From Macrostomum lignano (Eukaryota): a DNA stretch of 64,000 bases. The notes under the pieces are model-generated. The model was not told the DNA's origin, searched no databases, and saw only the letters and a list, made by a program, of their open reading frames with translations. Below, in pieces: positions 49,968 to 63,000 of the stretch (the stretch's first letter is position 1; the number at the start of each line of letters is the position of its first letter). Where the stretch lies: positions 558,001 to 622,000 of the forward strand of contig NIVC01000070.1 of the NCBI GenBank assembly GCA_002269645.1, read 5' to 3'. Made by a program: the position numbers and the translations under genes.

Positions 49968-50644
49968 GGAGACCAGCAGGAGACCAGCAGAATTTAATTA
50001 TACCCTCCCAAGCAGCACATACTACTTGATACAAACCATTTTGAAGAGAGAAAATAATTTAAGACCAGATTCTCCGTCCTAAATACAGATTTTCTATAAC
50101 TATTTTTTGCTACCTTTATCTTTCAACTAATGAGCCTTACCTTAAGGAGAAAGCAAGTGTTAATTTATCGGAACAAAATACATGTAACAATTGTTTCTGT
50201 CCAAATAATGCTTTAGACTGCTTAATTTTCAAGTGATTTATTGCAAATTTACACAGCTCATGGCTTCACACAAAACTTGATTTGGAAGAGCAAAAAGAAT
50301 ATCAAGTCAACTGTTTTGATTCTTATTATCAATTTTGATAAGATTAGATTGAAGATGACATTTACAAAACATACTACTAACAAGGCCGACATGTTGGTTA
50401 AGTAGTAACGAAGGAACACGATGCAACCAAAGAAATGCAACTGAGCTACCTGCGATTCAGTAGTATTAGTAGTAAGACATTTAGTTGTTTTTTAGTGATT
50501 TGAATAAGAAAATAGTTGTAACATTCTCTACTTGCCTACTCATTCAGTAGGCAAGTAAGTAGAAGTTTTGCTAAATAATCAGGCTTATATCAGTCGTGAC
50601 GCAATCAGATTTTAGACAAACAATATAACACATTATAGCTCTGT

Positions 50645-50998
50645 TCACACCTTGCTTCTGTGCACCTGCTCGACGCGAATAGCGGTCACGTGACGCATGT
50701 ACGGCTTGGCCGTGTGCACGCATTCCAGAAACATCACAGCTGGCGGGTGGCTGGCAAACAGAATGGATGCCGGATGAATGAAAGCCGGCTGCGGCAGGCC
50801 CTGACACAGGTAGCTGCGATCCTTGCCCCGAGAAGCTGAGCCAGAACCAGCTCCAGCACTGATGTGACTGCGCTGCAGGGCCGCCGTTGAATGCCGAAAC
50901 CCGGCCAAGAAAGCTTCCACAATGGGCTCGGGCCGGTTCTGACAGGATCGAATCTCCAGGCCGAGAGAGCGGCACAGAGAGCGCAGCTGCTTGCGAAC
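50645..50998 (-). CDS. DHX33: DHX33-like DEAH helicase, 3' exon (OB-fold region)
   Basis: cctgcag|[19 protein letters not shown]...EAFLAGF...[35 protein letters not shown]...KV*; IHP-S-LF and YMR-V-I are DEAH OB-fold motifs. Confidence 0.75.
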   Translation of the reverse strand, partial: VRKQLRSLCRSLGLEIRSCQNRPEPIVEAFLAGFRHSTAALQRSHISAGAGSGSASRGKDRSYLCQGLPQPAFIHPASILFASHPPAVMFLECVHTAKPYMRHVTAIRVEQVHRSKV

Positions 50999-51249
50999 CT
51001 GCAGGAAGATGGAGACCGATTTGAGCTTAATTATGGCACAGTTATCAACATAGAGTCTCTTTCATTCTCCTATATACCTCTATACCTCTATATACCTCTA
51101 TTCTCCTATAAGTTACACCTGAAAGTCATACCGGAGTGTCACTCCCTCCTCCAAAAGTCACATCAAAGATCTCTGTGTAACCTTAAATTTGCACACTAGA
51201 ATCACTCCTCATACATTCATACCCAGTCTCCTACACCAAAGACACCGAG

Positions 51250-51660
51250 AGAGTCACTTTACCCCCAAAGTCACCCCAAAGTCACTCTACTTCTAAAGTC
51301 ACACCCGAGAGTCCCTCTTCTTCCAAAGTCATATCTGAGAGCCATTCTACTTTCAAAGTCACACCGAAAGTCGCTCTACTCCCAAAAAGTCATATGGAGA
51401 GTCACTCTACTCCCTAAGTCACACCTGAGAGTCACTCTACTCCCTAAGTCACACCTGAGAGTCACTCTACTCCCTAAGTCACACCTGAGAGTCACTCTAC
51501 TCCCTAAGTCACACATGAGAGTCACTCTACTCTTAAAGTCACACCCGAGAGTCACTATACTGTTAAATTCACACCAGAGAGTCACTCTACTTTCAAACTC
51601 ACACCTGAGAATCACTATACTTCCATAGTCACACCGAGAGTCACTCTCCTCCTAAAAGTC
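51250..51660. repeat. 30-bp intronic minisatellite
   Basis: Unit AAGTCACACCTGAGAGTCACTCTACTCCCT with degenerate edges. Confidence 0.88.
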
Positions 51661-51712
51661 AAGAACAGAGAGGCACGCCTTCCTAGCTAGTAGAACAGTT
51701 GTTAAGCCACAC

Positions 51713-51940
51713 CTGCAGACAGGTAGTCAAGGCTCTCAGGGAGATAAAATGCCGTTTCAACCATCGCGCCTTCTCAGCCGGGTCCGTCAGGCCCTGGAAC
51801 GCGTTGAAGAGGTTCAGCAGGAAGAACAGATCGCCGTGCGAAGATTCGTACGGCTGCCAGGCGGCCTGGGCGGCTTCCCGGCGATTCGGCGGCACGTAGA
51901 ACAGATGGTCCACCGATAGGAGGGAGACGATCTTGATTAC
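51713..51940 (-). CDS. DHX33: DHX33-like DEAH helicase, internal exon (HA2 / post-HA2 region)
   Basis: ccgccag|[45 protein letters not shown]...[12 protein letters not shown]|gtgtgg; 228 nt, phase 0-0. Confidence 0.82.
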
Positions 51941-52109
51941 CTGGCGGGAGAGGGGTCAATTAACAGTTGGCAACTGGAATGATGGTCACTGAGAATCATG
52001 GCCGAAATGTGCAACATAATTATCATTTGACTCTTTGAGGTATCAGCAACCTCGTGCAGAAAATTTATCTCAGCATCTTATATCTCTGAATTCGTTTATC
52101 TAACATAGA

Positions 52110-55100
52110 AATCTCAGCAATCTGACCCCTCCCACCCCAAATCTCAGCAATCTGACCCCTCCCACCCCAAGTCTCAGCAATCTGACCCCTCCCACCCCAA
52201 GTCTCAGCAATCTAACCCCTCCCATCCCAAGTCTCAGCAATCTGACCCCTCCCATCCCAAGTCTCAGCAATCTGACCCCCATCCCAAATCTCAGCAATCT
52301 GACCCCCTTCAAATCTCAGCAATCTGACCCCTCCCACCCCAAGTCTCAGCAATCTGACCCCCTTCAAATCACAGCAATCTGACCCCTCCCACCTCAAGTC
52401 TCAGCAATCTGACCCCTCCCATCCCAAGTCTCAGCAATCTGACCCCCCACCCCAAGTCTCAGCAATCTGACCCCCCCATCCCAAATCTCAGCAATCTGAC
52501 CCCTCCCACCCCAAGTCTCAGCAATCTGACCCCCCACCCAAGTCTCAGCAATCTGACCCCCCATCCCAAATCTCAGCAATCTGACCCCCTTCAAATCTCA
52601 GCAATCTGACCCCTCCCACCCCAAGTCTCAGCAATCTGACCCCTCCCACCCCAAGTCTCAGCAATCTGACCCCCTTCAAATCTCAGCAATCTGACCCCTC
52701 CCACCTCAAGTCTCAGCAATCTGACCCCTCCCATCCCAAGTCTCAGCAATCTGACCCCTTCAAATCTCAGCAATCTGACCCCTCCCACCCCAAGTCTCAG
52801 CAATCTAACCCCTCCCACCCCAAGTCTCAGCAATCTGACCCCTCCCACCCCAAGTCTCAGCAATTTAACCCCTCCCATCCCAAGTCTCAGCAATCTGACC
52901 CCTCCCATCCCAAGTCTCAGCAATCTGACCCCTCCCATCCCAAGTCTCAGCAATCTGACCCCTCCCATCCCAAGTCTCAGCAATCTGACCCCTCCCATCC
53001 CAAGTCTCAGCAATCTGACCCCCCATCCCAAATCTCAGCAATCTGACCCCCTTCAAATCTCACCAATCTGACCCCCTTCAAATCTCAGCAATCTGACCCC
53101 CTTCAAATCTCAGCAATCTGACCCCTCCCACCCCAAGTCTCAGCAATCTGACCCCTCCCATCCCAAGTCTCAGCAATCTGACCCCCCATCCCAAGTCTCA
53201 GCAATCTGACCCCTCCCATCCCAAATCTCAGCAATCTGACCCCTCCCATCCCAAGTCTCAGCAATCTGACCCCTCCCATCCCAAGTCTCAGCAATCTGAC
53301 CCCTCCCATCCCAAATCTCAGCAATCTGACCCCTCCCATCCCAAGTCTCAGCAATCTGACCCCTCCCATCCCAAGTCTCAGCAATCTGACCCCTCCCATC
53401 CCAAGTCTCAGCAATCTGACCCCCCACCCCAAGTCTCAGCAATCTGACCCCCTATCCCAAATCTCAGCAATCTGACCCCCTTCAAATCTCAGCAATCTGA
53501 CCCCTCCCACCCCAAGTCTCAGCAATCTGACCCCTCCCATCCCAAGTCTCAGCAATCTGACCCCCCATCCCAAATCTCAGCAATCTGACTCCCCCATCCC
53601 AAATCTCAGCAATCTGACCCCTCCCATCCCAAGTCTCAGCAATTTGACCCCTCCCATCCCAAGTCTCAGCAATCTGACCCCTCCCATCCCAAATCTCAGC
53701 AATCTGACCCCTCCCATCCCAAGTCTCAGCAATCTGACCCCTCCCATCCCAAATCTCAGCAATCTGACCCCTCCCATCCCAAGTCTCAGCAATCTGACCC
53801 CTCCCATCCCAAGTCTCAGCAATCTGACCCCCCACCCCAAGTCTCAGCAATCTGACCCCCCATCCCAAATCTCAGCAATCTGACCCCCTTCAAATCTCAG
53901 CAATCTGACCCCCTTCAAATCTCAGCAATCTGACCCCTCCCACCCCAAGTCTCAGCAATCTGACCCCTCCCATCCCAAGTCTCAGCAATCTGACCCCCAT
54001 CCCAAATCTCAGCAATCTGACCCCTCCCATCCCAAATCTCAGCAATCTGACCCCTCCCATCCCAAGTCTCAGCAATCTGACCCCTCCCATCCCAAGTCTC
54101 AGCAATCTGACCCCTCCCATCCCAAGTCTCAGCAATCTGACCCCCCCACCCCAAATCTCAGCAATCTGACCCCCCCCCCATCCCAAATCTCAGCAATCTG
54201 ACCCCCTTCAAATCTCAGCAATCTGACCCCTTCAAATCTCAGCAATCTGACCCCTCCCACCCCAAGTCTCAGCAATCTGACCCCTCCCATCCCAAGTCTC
54301 AGCAATCTGACCCCCATCCCAAGTCTCAGCAATCTGACCCCTCCCATCCCAAATCTCAGCAATCTGACCCCTCCCACCCCAAGTCTCAGCAATCTGACCC
54401 CTCCCATCCCAAGTCTCAGCAATCTGACCCCTCCCATCCCAAGTCTCAGCAATCTGACCCATCCACCCCAAATCTCAGCAATCTGACCCCCCCCATCCCA
54501 AATCTCAGCAATCTGACCCCCTTCAAATCTCAGCAATCTGACCCCTTAAAATCTCAGCAATCTGACCCCTCCCACCCCAAGTCTCAGCAATCTGACCCCT
54601 CCCATCCCAAATCTCAGCAATCTGACCCCTCCCATCCCAAGTCTCAGCAATCTGACCCCCCCATCCCAAGTCTCAGAAATCTGACCCCTCCCATCCCAAA
54701 TCTCAGCAATCTGACTCCCCCATCCCAAATCTCAGCAATCTGACCCCTCCCATCCCAAGTCTCAGCAATCTGACCCCTCCCATCCCAAGTCTCAGCAATC
54801 TGACCCCCCCACCCCAAATCTCAGCAATCTGACCCCCCCATCCCAAATCTCACCAATCTGACCCCCTTCAAATCTCAGCAATCTGACCCCCTTCAAATCT
54901 CAGCAATCTGACCCCTCCCACCCCAAGTCTCAGCAATCTGACCCCTCCCATCCCAAGTCTCAGCAATCTGACCCCCTTCAAATCTCAGCAATCTGACCCC
55001 CTTCAAATCTCAGCAATCTGACCCCTCCCACCCCAAGTCTCAGCAATCTGACCCCTCCCATCCCAAGTCTCAGCAATCTGACCCCTCCCATCCCAAGTCT

Positions 55101-55760
55101 CAGCAATCTGACCCCTCCCATCCCAAGTCTCAGCAATCTGACCCCTCCTATCCCAAGTCTCAGCAATCTGACCCCTCCCATCCCAAATCTCAGCAATCTG
55201 ACCCCTCCCATCCCAAGTCTCAGCAATCTGACCCCTCCCATCCCAAGTCTCAGCAATCTGACCCCTCCCATCCCAAGTCTCAGCAATCTGACCCCTCCCA
55301 TCCCAAGTCTCAGCAATCTGACCCCTCCCATCCCAAGTCTCAGCAATCTGACCCCTCCCATCCCAAGTCTCAGCAATCTGACCCCTCCCATCCCAAGTCT
55401 CAGCAATCTGACCCCCTTCAAATCTCAGCAATCTGACCCCTCCCACCCCAAGTCTCAGCAATCTAACCCCTCCCACCCCAAGTCTCAGCAATCTGACCCC
55501 TCCCATCCCAAGTCTCAGCAATCTGACCCCCTTCAAATCTCAGCAATCTGACCCCCTTCAAATCTCAGCAATCTGACCCCCTTCAAATCTCAGCAATCTG
55601 ACCCCCCCCCTTATCCCAAGTCTCAGCAATCTGACCCCCCATCCCAAGTCTCAGCAATCTGACCCCTCCCATCCCAAATCTCAGCAATCTGACCCCTCCC
55701 ATCCCAAGTCTCAGCAATCTGACCCCTCCCATCCCAAGTCTCAGCAATCTGACCCCCCAT
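52110..55760. repeat. About 30-bp intronic minisatellite (3.6 kb)
   Basis: Unit TCTCAGCAATCTGACCCCTCCCA(T/C)CCCAAG with shorter 24-28-bp variants; fills most of intron 51941-55777. Confidence 0.97.
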
Positions 55761-55777
55761 TCATGCTAGCTAGTTAC

Positions 55778-56332
55778 CTCAGCCAGACAGCTCAGCTGGG
55801 GCTTGGCCGCCTCCAGCAGCACCCGGGCCATTCGCGGCTCCAGCGGCAACGCCAGCATATCCTTGCCAATTGGCGTCAATCTCCAGCCACTTTTAAGGCT
55901 ACTACTAACAGTAGTAGTCAGCTCGGCCGCGCCCAGCTGTTTCAGCATGGCCAGACCGGCAGACACGCCAGCTGGCGGCAGTGGATCTAACAAAGGAAAC
56001 TCAGCCGGCTGCTTGGCTCCAACGCCCAATAGGCTGAGCAGTGCGGTGCCCAGGCTGGCTCTGAGCAGCTCCGGCACCGGCTGTTCGGGCATCTGCTCCA
56101 GCAGCTCGGCGTTGGTGTACAGCCGGTGGCAGCAGCCGGGGGCCTGACGGGCTGCCCGGCCGGCCCGCTGCCAGGCCTGAGCCTGGCTGATGCGCTCCAC
56201 CGACAGCCGCTCGATCCAGGAGCCCGCGGCCGAGGCGGGGGCGGAGCGGACCTTGGCGCGGCCGCAGTCCACTACGCAGCGAACTCCGGGTATCGTTAGG
56301 GAGGACTCGGCCAGGTTGGTTGCTAGGATCAC
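55778..56332 (-). CDS. DHX33: DHX33-like DEAH helicase, internal exon (motifs V and VI, HA2)
   Basis: [23 protein letters not shown] (motif V), [15 protein letters not shown] (motif VI), [15 protein letters not shown]; acceptor ccccag| at 56333 and donor GAG|gtaact at 55778/55777. The [10 protein letters not shown] motif favours DHX33 within the Prp16/22/43 group. Confidence 0.88.
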
Positions 56333-56389
56333 CTGGGGCGGGTGGGGGAGAGGAATTTAATACTGGAATGGTAGGATCGGAGGGGCACA

Positions 56390-56630
56390 CAGACAGACAG
56401 AAACGCACAGACAGGAAGGCACATACCAGACAGGAAGGCAAACACAGGAAGGCACAGGCAGGAAGGCACATACCAGACAGGAAGGCAAACACAGGAAGGC
56501 ACAGGCAGGAAGGCACATACCAGACAGGAAGGCAAACACAGGAAGGCACAGACAGGAAGGCACAGACAGGAAGGCACAGACAGGAAGGCACAGACAGGAA
56601 GGCACAGACAGGAAGGCACAGGCAGACTGA
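56390..56630. repeat. 14-bp-based intronic minisatellite
   Basis: ACAGGAAGGCACAG units and composites fill most of intron 56333-56647. Confidence 0.88.
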
Positions 56631-56647
56631 TCTACAGCAGCACTCAC

Positions 56648-56949
56648 TTTCCGCGCGGGTCTCTCTGTCTGGTCCAGCGGCGCCAGCGCTTTCAACTGCA
56701 GGCTGGCTGGCAAGGCGGCGTACAGCGGCAGCGGCAGGAGGCCGCCGTTGCCGCGGAGCTCCTGAGAGGCCTGGCGCAGCAGATGCCGCAACTCGGCGAT
56801 GTCATCCTCGCCGGTGAGGAACACGAGAATGTCGTGCGTCGGTTTCAGCGGCCGACTGCGGTGCAGCTGCAGGACGGCCACTAGGGCGGCAGAGACATAG
56901 TCGGAGACTGGACGGTCCACCGACATCAGCTCGATGGGGTACTGGCGGC
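56648..56949 (-). CDS. DHX33: DHX33-like DEAH helicase, internal exon (RecA2 start, motif IV)
   Basis: ttcccag|GC; [30 protein letters not shown]...[13 protein letters not shown]...LPLYAALP...ARK|gtgagt. Upstream exons (RecA1/DEAH) lie beyond the right edge. Confidence 0.88.
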
Positions 56950-57037
56950 CTGGGAAGGGGGAGGCATTGGAACAAGAAATCTTTAAGTAAGACTCTGACG
57001 TGAAAAATGTTAAACAAGGAAGAAACGAAATATGAGA

Positions 57038-60000
57038 CTACCTTCGTATCTACCGATTGAGCTACCTTCGTATCTACCGATTGAGCTACCTTCGTATCTA
57101 CCGATTGAGCTACCTTCGTATCTACCGATTGAGCTACCTTTGTATCTACCGATTGAGCTACCTTCGTATCTACCGATTGAGCTACCTTCGTATCTACCGA
57201 TTGAGCTACCTTCGTATCTACCGATTGAGCTACCTTTGTATCTACCGATTGAGCTACCTTCGTATCTACCGATTGAGCTACCTTTGTATCTACCGATTGA
57301 GCTACCTTCGTATCTACCGATTGAGCTACCTTCGTATCTACCGATTGAGCTACCTTCGTATCTACCGATTGAGCTACCTTTGTATCTACCGATTGAGCTA
57401 CCTTCGTATCTACCGATTGAGCTACCTTCGTATCTACCGATTGAGCTACCTTCGTATCTACCGATTGAGCTACCTTTGTATCTACCGATTGAGCTACCTT
57501 CGTATCTACCGATTGAGCTACCTTCGTATCTACCGATTGAGCTACCTTCGTATCTACCGATTGAGCTACCTTTGTATCTACCGATTGAGCTACCTTCGTA
57601 TCTACCGATTGAGCTACCTTCGTATCTACCGATTGAGCTACCTTCGTATCTACCGATTGAGCTACCTTTGTATCTACCGATTGAGCTACCTTCGTATCTA
57701 CCGATTGAGCTACCTTTGTATCTACCGATTGAGCTACCTTCGTATCTACCGATTGAGCTACCTTCGTATCTACCGATTGAGCTACCTTCGTATCTACCGA
57801 TTGAGCTACCTTTGTATCTACCGATTGAGCTACCTTCGTATCTACCGATTGAGCTACCTTTGTATCTACCGATTGAGCTACCTTCGTATCTACCGATTGA
57901 GCTACCTTTGTATCTACCGATTGAGCTACCTTCGTATCTACCGATTGAGCTACCTTCGTATCTACCGATTGAGCTACCTTCGTATCTACCGATTGAGCTA
58001 CCTTTGTATCTACCGATTGAGCTACCTTCGTATCTACCGATTGAGCTACCTTCGTATCTACCGATTGAGCTACCTTCGTATCTACCGATTGAGCTACCTT
58101 TGTATCTACCGATTGAGCTACCTTCGTATCTACCGATTGAGCTACCTTTGTATCTACCGATTGAGCTACCTTCGTATCTACCGATTGAGCTACCTTCGTA
58201 TCTACCGATTGAGCTACCTTCGTATCTACCGATTGAGCTACCTTTGTATCTACCGATTGAGCTACCTTCGTATCTACCGATTGAGCTACCTTCGTATCTA
58301 CCGATTGAGCTACCTTCGTATCTACCGATTGAGCTACCTTTGTATCTACCGATTGAGCTACCTTCGTATCTACCGATTGAGCTACCTTTGTATCTACCGA
58401 TTGAGCTACCTTCGTATCTACCGATTGAGCTACCTTCGTATCTACCGATTGAGCTACCTTCGTATCTACCGATTGAGCTACCTTTGTATCTACCGATTGA
58501 GCTACCTTCGTATCTACCGATTGAGCTACCTTCGTATCTACCGATTGAGCTACCTTCGTATCTACCGATTGAGCTACCTTTGTATCTACCGATTGAGCTA
58601 CCTTCGTATCTACCGATTGAGCTACCTTCGTATCTACCGATTGAGCTACCTTCGTATCTACCGATTGAGCTACCTTCGTATCTACCGATTGAGCTACCTT
58701 CGTATCTACCGATTGAGCTACCTTCGTATCTACCGATTGAGCTACCTTCGTATCTACCGATTGAGCTACCTTTGTATCTACCGATTGAGCTACCTTCGTA
58801 TCTACCGATTGAGCTACCTTCGTATCTACCGATTGAGCTACCTTCGTATCTACCGATTGAGCTACCTTTGTATCTACCGATTGAGCTACCTTCGTATCTA
58901 CCGATTGAGCTACCTTTGTATCTACCGATTGAGCTACCTTCGTATCTACCGATTGAGCTACCTTCGTATCTACCGATTGAGCTACCTTCGTATCTACCGA
59001 TTGAGCTACCTTTGTATCTACCGATTGAGCTACCTTCGTATCTACCGATTGAGCTACCTTCGTATCTACCGATTGAGCTACCTTCGTATCTACCGATTGA
59101 GCTACCTTTGTATCTACCGATTGAGCTACCTTCGTATCTACCGATTGAGCTACCTTTGTATCTACCGATTGAGCTACCTTCGTATCTACCGATTGAGCTA
59201 CCTTCGTATCTACCGATTGAGCTACCTTCGTATCTACCGATTGAGCTACCTTTGTATCTACCGATTGAGCTACCTTCGTATCTACCGATTGAGCTACCTT
59301 CGTATCTACCGATTGAGCTACCTTCGTATCTACCGATTGAGCTACCTTTGTATCTACCGATTGAGCTACCTTTGTATCTACCGATTGAGCTACCTTCGTA
59401 TCTACCGATTGAGCTACCTTTGTATCTACCGATTGAGCTACCTTTGTATCTACCGATTGAGCTACCTTTGTATCTACCGATTGAGCTACCTTTGTATCTA
59501 CCGATTGAGCTACCTTCGTATCTACCGATTGAGCTACCTTCGTATCTACCGATTGAGCTACCTTCGTATCTACCGATTGAGCTACCTTCGTATCTACCGA
59601 TTGAGCTACCTTTGTATCTACCGATTGAGCTACCTTCGTATCTACCGATTGAGCTACCTTTGTATCTACCGATTGAGCTACCTTCGTATCTACCGATTGA
59701 GCTACCTTCGTATCTACCGATTGAGCTACCTTCGTATCTACCGATTGAGCTACCTTTGTATCTACCGATTGAGCTACCTTCGTATCTACCGATTGAGCTA
59801 CCTTCGTATCTACCGATTGAGCTACCTTCGTATCTACCGATTGAGCTACCTTTGTATCTACCGATTGAGCTACCTTCGTATCTACCGATTGAGCTACCTT
59901 TGTATCTACCGATTGAGCTACCTTTGTATCTACCGATTGAGCTACCTTCGTATCTACCGATTGAGCTACCTTCGTATCTACCGATTGAGCTACCTTCGTA

Positions 60001-63000
60001 TCTACCGATTGAGCTACCTTTGTATCTACCGATTGAGCTACCTTCGTATCTACCGATTGAGCTACCTTCGTATCTACCGATTGAGCTACCTTCGTATCTA
60101 CCGATTGAGCTACCTTTGTATCTACCGATTGAGCTACCTTCGTATCTACCGATTGAGCTACCTTTGTATCTACCGATTGAGCTACCTTCGTATCTACCGA
60201 TTGAGCTACCTTCGTATCTACCGATTGAGCTACCTTCGTATCTACCGATTGAGCTACCTTTGTATCTACCGATTGAGCTACCTTCGTATCTACCGATTGA
60301 GCTACCTTCGTATCTACCGATTGAGCTACCTTCGTATCTACCGATTGAGCTACCTTTGTATCTACCGATTGAGCTACCTTCGTATCTACCGATTGAGCTA
60401 CCTTCGTATCTACCGATTGAGCTACCTTCGTATCTACCGATTGAGCTACCTTTGTATCTACCGATTGAGCTACCTTCGTATCTACCGATTGAGCTACCTT
60501 CGTATCTACCGATTGAGCTACCTTCGTATCTACCGATTGAGCTACCTTTGTATCTACCGATTGAGCTACCTTCGTATCTACCGATTGAGCTACCTTTGTA
60601 TCTACCGATTGAGCTACCTTCGTATCTACCGATTGAGCTACCTTCGTATCTACCGATTGAGCTACCTTCGTATCTACCGATTGAGCTACCTTTGTATCTA
60701 CCGATTGAGCTACCTTCGTATCTACCGATTGAGCTACCTTCGTATCTACCGATTGAGCTACCTTCGTATCTACCGATTGAGCTACCTTTGTATCTACCGA
60801 TTGAGCTACCTTCGTATCTACCGATTGAGCTACCTTCGTATCTACCGATTGAGCTACCTTCGTATCTACCGATTGAGCTACCTTTGTATCTACCGATTGA
60901 GCTACCTTCGTATCTACCGATTGAGCTACCTTCGTATCTACCGATTGAGCTACCTTCGTATCTACCGATTGAGCTACCTTTGTATCTACCGATTGAGCTA
61001 CCTTCGTATCTACCGATTGAGCTACCTTTGTATCTACCGATTGAGCTACCTTCGTATCTACCGATTGAGCTACCTTCGTATCTACCGATTGAGCTACCTT
61101 CGTATCTACCGATTGAGCTACCTTTGTATCTACCGATTGAGCTACCTTCGTATCTACCGATTGAGCTACCTTCGTATCTACCGATTGAGCTACCTTCGTA
61201 TCTACCGATTGAGCTACCTTTGTATCTACCGATTGAGCTACCTTCGTATCTACCGATTGAGCTACCTTTGTATCTACCGATTGAGCTACCTTCGTATCTA
61301 CCGATTGAGCTACCTTCGTATCTACCGATTGAGCTACCTTCGTATCTACCGATTGAGCTACCTTTGTATCTACCGATTGAGCTACCTTCGTATCTACCGA
61401 TTGAGCTACCTTCGTATCTACCGATTGAGCTACCTTCGTATCTACCGATTGAGCTACCTTTGTATCTACCGATTGAGCTACCTTCGTATCTACCGATTGA
61501 GCTACCTTCGTATCTACCGATTGAGCTACCTTCGTATCTACCGATTGAGCTACCTTTGTATCTACCGATTGAGCTACCTTCGTATCTACCGATTGAGCTA
61601 CCTTCGTATCTACCGATTGAGCTACCTTCGTATCTACCGATTGAGCTACCTTTGTATCTACCGATTGAGCTACCTTCGTATCTACCGATTGAGCTACCTT
61701 CGTATCTACCGATTGAGCTACCTTCGTATCTACCGATTGAGCTACCTTTGTATCTACCGATTGAGCTACCTTCGTATCTACCGATTGAGCTACCTTTGTA
61801 TCTACCGATTGAGCTACCTTCGTATCTACCGATTGAGCTACCTTCGTATCTACCGATTGAGCTACCTTCGTATCTACCGATTGAGCTACCTTCGTATCTA
61901 CCGATTGAGCTACCTTCGTATCTACCGATTGAGCTACCTTCGTATCTACCGATTGAGCTACCTTTGTATCTACCGATTGAGCTACCTTCGTATCTACCGA
62001 TTGAGCTACCTTTGTATCTACCGATTGAGCTACCTTCGTATCTACCGATTGAGCTACCTTCGTATCTACCGATTGAGCTACCTTCGTATCTACCGATTGA
62101 GCTACCTTTGTATCTACCGATTGAGCTACCTTCGTATCTACCGATTGAGCTACCTTCGTATCTACCGATTGAGCTACCTTCGTATCTACCGATTGAGCTA
62201 CCTTTGTATCTACCGATTGAGCTACCTTCGTATCTACCGATTGAGCTACCTTCGTATCTACCGATTGAGCTACCTTCGTATCTACCGATTGAGCTACCTT
62301 TGTATCTACCGATTGAGCTACCTTTGTATCTACCGATTGAGCTACCTTCGTATCTACCGATTGAGCTACCTTTGTATCTACCGATTGAGCTACCTTTGTA
62401 TCTACCGATTGAGCTACCTTTGTATCTACCGATTGAGCTACCTTTGTATCTACCGATTGAGCTACCTTCGTATCTACCGATTGAGCTACCTTCGTATCTA
62501 CCGATTGAGCTACCTTCGTATCTACCGATTGAGCTACCTTTGTATCTACCGATTGAGCTACCTTCGTATCTACCGATTGAGCTACCTTCGTATCTACCGA
62601 TTGAGCTACCTTCGTATCTACCGATTGAGCTACCTTTGTATCTACCGATTGAGCTACCTTCGTATCTACCGATTGAGCTACCTTCGTATCTACCGATTGA
62701 GCTACCTTCGTATCTACCGATTGAGCTACCTTTGTATCTACCGATTGAGCTACCTTCGTATCTACCGATTGAGCTACCTTTGTATCTACCGATTGAGCTA
62801 CCTTCGTATCTACCGATTGAGCTACCTTCGTATCTACCGATTGAGCTACCTTCGTATCTACCGATTGAGCTACCTTTGTATCTACCGATTGAGCTACCTT
62901 CGTATCTACCGATTGAGCTACCTTCGTATCTACCGATTGAGCTACCTTCGTATCTACCGATTGAGCTACCTTTGTATCTACCGATTGAGCTACCTTCGTA

